Of a stretch of 64,000 nucleotides of DNA, positions 61,087 through 64,000 are shown piece by piece; positions within the stretch are counted from its first letter, which is position 1; each line of letters starts with the position of its first letter. The notes below the pieces were generated by a model. It worked only from the letters and a program-made list of their open reading frames with translations. It did not search any database and was not told the DNA's origin. Position numbers and translations under genes: made by a program. The stretch is from positions 209,642-273,641 of the forward strand of contig DASWNF010000014.1 of assembly GCA_036399335.1 (NCBI GenBank), written 5' to 3'. This DNA comes from Minisyncoccota bacterium (GTDB taxonomy: Bacteria > Patescibacteriota > Minisyncoccia > Phycocordibacterales > Phycocordibacteraceae).

Positions 61087-62473
61087 GTGAGAAGGTCGTG
61101 CCCGCGCCGGCCTCGCTCTCTGCGGTAATGGTGCCGCCGTGGTCTACGACAATGCTCTTCACTATAGAGAGTCCGAGACCCGTGCCCGAGGTCCCATACT
61201 TCGTCGAACCCCGGTAGAACCGCTCAAAGATGTGCGACAGGTCTTCAGCGGCGATGCCTATGCCGGTATCGGTGATGGTTACGTGCGCCGTGTGGTCTTC
61301 GACGCGCAGGCGAAACCCTATCTCCTTTACGCCGTCTTCGCGCATATACTTCACCGCATTGCTCGCCAGGTTCATAAGCGCCTCGCGTAGGCGTTTTTCG
61401 TTGCCGACTACCATGACGCCCGGCGTAATGTCGCCCTCAACCTTGATATCGGCCGAATCGGCAATGACGCTCACTTCTTCGGCGAGTTCCTCAAGGAGTG
61501 CGGAGAGGGAGACGCGTGCGCGCCCTTCTTTTTTCAGTGATTGTTCAAGTGTCGCGAGTTCCATGAGGTCGTATATGAATGTCGACAGCGAATCGACGGA
61601 CTGTTCGAGGGCGGCAAGCTCGGTATCGTGCGCTACCGTCCGTCGCAGGCGGTCAATCTTGCTTTTCAAGATGGCGAGCGGCGTCTGGAGGTTATGTGAA
61701 AGGTCGACGATCATGCGCCGTTGCTCCTCCTGGAGCGCCCGAATCTCACGCGTGCGCTCGTCGACCTTTGCCTCGAGCATCTTCACTACCAGGCGCAGAT
61801 TAATAAGCTTATGCCGCAATATCGAGTACCCGCAGCCGACGATAAAGGCGACGGACGCCATGGGACCGACTGAGTAAAAGCGAAGCTCTCCCATGAGCGG
61901 CAGGACGACGTCAAACACGATTTCGCCAAGAAGCATGATGAGCAGCCCGACAAGGCTATAGAGGAGCTGCATCTTGCGCTCAAGCGAGTCGGTATACCGA
62001 TAGGCGCGGAAAAGACGCACGGCCCCATAGGCGAAGCCGGCGAAGAGGAGAAAGAAGGAAACACTGTAGATCGGTCCCGGTACGATTTGTGCCGGCGCTC
62101 CCTCGGGGAACGACATCCCCGATATCGCAAGCGACGAGAAGGCGAACAAGGATACGGCGATATTCGGCAGCGCGTAGAGGGTAATGCGGCGCCACGATGG
62201 GGGCTCGCCGTCGATGAGTACGTCCACCAGGTACAGGAAATAGAAGAGCGTTGCGGCACCGCCCATGAAGGCGATGCCGCTCGTAAGCCGAAGCGCCGTC
62301 TCCGTGTAAGAAATATCAGCGAGCACGTTACCGCCAATCCACACGCCTGCGGCAAGCATGTAATACCCAAGCGCCGCATGGAGTGCGGTATAGCGGTGGC
62401 GGAGTAAAAGAACAGCCGCCCCCACGACGAATAGTGTCGATAGGAAGGCGGCTGAAGAGGTGACGGTGAACAT
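61040..62473 (-). CDS. sensor histidine kinase
   Basis: 6 N-terminal TM, HisKA LSHNLQTPLA, HATPase N/G boxes (GTGLGLSIV). Confidence 0.8.
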   Translation of the reverse strand: MFTVTSSAAFLSTLFVVGAAVLLLRHRYTALHAALGYYMLAAGVWIGGNVLADISYTETALRLTSGIAFMGGAATLFYFLYLVDVLIDGEPPSWRRITLYALPNIAVSLFAFSSLAISGMSFPEGAPAQIVPGPIYSVSFFLLFAGFAYGAVRLFRAYRYTDSLERKMQLLYSLVGLLIMLLGEIVFDVVLPLMGELRFYSVGPMASVAFIVGCGYSILRHKLINLRLVVKMLEAKVDERTREIRALQEEQRRMIVDLSHNLQTPLAILKSKIDRLRRTVAHDTELAALEQSVDSLSTFIYDLMELATLEQSLKKEGRARVSLSALLEELAEEVSVIADSADIKVEGDITPGVMVVGNEKRLREALMNLASNAVKYMREDGVKEIGFRLRVEDHTAHVTITDTGIGIAAEDLSHIFERFYRGSTKYGTSGTGLGLSIVKSIVVDHGGTITAESEAGAGTTFSLTFPLAPVHSQTNPR

Positions 62474-62474
62474 G

Positions 62475-63182
62475 TTATCGGTGCGGGTATTCGGAGACGA
62501 TGAAGGCGCCGTAGTTCCGGCTTGCCGGGTCGGTCATATAGTCGCGGACGATCGCGAAGAGGCCGAGCCGCGTATCCCGTACATGAAATGCTAGCACGGG
62601 ATCCGGGCGCCTGAGCGCCGGAAGCCCGAGCGCGGGATGTTCTGGAGCTTGCGGCCATACGCGCATCCCGAGAAGCCGGGCGCTCTCGCAGGCATACCAG
62701 AGCGCAAGGTCGTCTTCGCGCTCGTTCGCCTCGTTCGGAAGCCGCCTAAGGAAGCTTCCGAACGAAGACAATCGGGTATACCCGAGGAAGTATTTCATGC
62801 GCATTTCCTCGAGAAGCTCGTGCACGGCCCGGTTAAGGGCGATGCCTGCGCCCGGCACCGTTGCGGTGACGTTGATGCCGTAGACCGAATCGCCAAAGAG
62901 GTCATGCGCGTGCACAGAGAACCCCTTGTCGGTAAGCTTCCCGCGGTCGAGGAAGTCAGCCGCCTCGTCCGGACTGAAGTGCACTTGCCGGCCAAAGTAG
63001 TATCCGCAGATAGCAGCTCCCTGCTCGGCGACCAGGAAGAAGGGCGAGCCTTCCGCATACCAGTGCGCAAGGTCGGTCTTCGAGAGCACGGGGGTGCCGC
63101 GCCTGGTCCAGGACTTTTGTTCGAGCAAGGCGAGGGCATCGAGGTCATCCCTACGCGCCCGCCGGATCGTGAACGGTTCCAT
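62475..63182 (-). CDS. GNAT-family acetyltransferase-like protein
   Basis: IRRARRDDLDALALLE...; start at MEPFTIRR. Confidence 0.4.
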   Translation of the reverse strand: MEPFTIRRARRDDLDALALLEQKSWTRRGTPVLSKTDLAHWYAEGSPFFLVAEQGAAICGYYFGRQVHFSPDEAADFLDRGKLTDKGFSVHAHDLFGDSVYGINVTATVPGAGIALNRAVHELLEEMRMKYFLGYTRLSSFGSFLRRLPNEANEREDDLALWYACESARLLGMRVWPQAPEHPALGLPALRRPDPVLAFHVRDTRLGLFAIVRDYMTDPASRNYGAFIVSEYPHR

Positions 63183-63219
63183 GTTGCGTTCCTTCTGTTC
63201 GCACGGTTGAAAGATCAAA

Positions 63220-63636
63220 TCAGCGCCGCAATTGCGGCTCGGGTGTAGGTAGGGGGAGGTTGTGGAAGCCGCGTCCGCGGGTGATGACCTGTGTCTCGAC
63301 GTTAGTCAGGCCGAAAGCTTGAGTGATGTATTCAGCTGCCGTCTGTGTATCGAAAAGCTTGCACGAATAGATGTCGGCGGTAACGAAGCCGCGCTCTTCA
63401 TACGTGTGGATGCTGATGTGCGATTCCATGATGAAGGTAAAGCCGGAAAGTCCACGGATGCCTTCTTCGTCGACGTACACCGTATGGGGTTCGCCGAGCG
63501 GCCGCATACCTATTGAGGGCGGCAGCGTTTGAAGCAGATTGCGCAGCTTGGCGCCGTCCGCGCAATCGCGCACATCCGCGCCGTACCCGTCGAGGGCAAG
63601 CAAAAGGCCATAGGCCGCTGAGTCGGGCGTGCTCAT
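63220..63636 (-). CDS. speH: S-adenosylmethionine decarboxylase proenzyme (SpeH/small SpeD type)
   Basis: processing-site motif FIMESHISIHTYEE; 138 aa from MSTPD. Confidence 0.7.
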   Translation of the reverse strand: MSTPDSAAYGLLLALDGYGADVRDCADGAKLRNLLQTLPPSIGMRPLGEPHTVYVDEEGIRGLSGFTFIMESHISIHTYEERGFVTADIYSCKLFDTQTAAEYITQAFGLTNVETQVITRGRGFHNLPLPTPEPQLRR

Positions 63637-64000
63637 TTTTGTATGACCGGGGCAAGAAGGGTACGGCTCGTCCAATACGCACATCCTTCAGGGGGCACGA
63701 CTTCGCAAAGACTTTTCCCGATACGCGTAAAGCCCGCTGACGTGAGCGCTTCCAGGTGCTCCGTCGAGTAGTCATCAATCTCGTCCGAATAGTAAGTGAG
63801 CGTGCCATCCGGCGTGAGGAGGCGGTGCGCTTCCTTAAAGAAGGGGAAGTGATTCCGGTGTATGTCAGCTTCCGTGAGCGGATACGTATCAAAGAGTATG
63901 CCGTTGATACTTCCGGACGGGAGGGTGCTCGCAGCTTCTTCCCAAAAGCCGAAAAGGGGCGTGACGCTCGGGTGCTCGGCCGCAAATGCCTCGAGCTTCC
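63633..64000 (-). CDS. spermidine-synthase-like aminopropyltransferase, C-terminal part (5' end outside window)
   Basis: ...GILFDTYP...FFKEAHRLLTPDGTLTYY MTase-fold C-terminus; stop overlaps speH start (ATGA). Confidence 0.45.
   Translation of the reverse strand, partial: KLEAFAAEHPSVTPLFGFWEEAASTLPSGSINGILFDTYPLTEADIHRNHFPFFKEAHRLLTPDGTLTYYSDEIDDYSTEHLEALTSAGFTRIGKSLCEVVPPEGCAYWTSRTLLAPVIQK

Overview
High-GC (~60%) bacterial chromosome segment with a compact, streamlined gene set, possibly a CPR/Patescibacteria-like genome (inference from gene content only).

Core content includes the tail of the secY-adk-map ribosomal-protein operon, ndk, the infC-rpmI-rplT operon, ftsH, recG, ligA, gatCA, a malic enzyme and a cell-wall amidase. 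There is a complete type IV pilus/competence cluster (comFC, pilM/N/O, pilB, response regulator, pilT, pilC, two pilins, prepilin peptidase, four pseudopilins). A polyamine module (speE-like/speH) sits at the right edge.

RNA genes found by eye are tRNA-Ser(GCU), an unusual tRNA-Ile(UAU), a tRNA(CAU) and a tmRNA (ssrA) on the minus strand next to smpB. Many host genes have a TATAAT-like -10 hexamer only 6-9 nt upstream of ATG and no Shine-Dalgarno, suggesting leaderless mRNAs.

The most interesting region is roughly 10.7-24.3 kb, where composition is heterogeneous and GC drops to about 45-50% in parts. Three observations stand out there:
- A large serine recombinase (22688-24340) whose last ~128 nt overlap the 3' T-arm/acceptor of the tmRNA on the opposite strand. 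This is the hallmark of a mobile element inserted at ssrA.
- A cargo operon of a TrmB-type regulator, a cytosine-5 DNA methyltransferase, and a 550-aa GHKL/MORC-type ATPase fused to a C-terminal Ymh/TIGR02391-like putative HEPN domain. This is a candidate uncharacterised restriction/defence-like system.
- A divergently transcribed radical-SAM enzyme followed on the same strand by a 50-aa Gly/Ser/Pro-rich ORF that is an internal tandem duplication. Each half has its own strong Shine-Dalgarno box, and the locus is bracketed by two 44-nt direct repeats. This is a candidate RiPP-like peptide-modification locus.

A second, smaller low-GC variable region follows the tRNA(CAU) at 53.6-57.6 kb.
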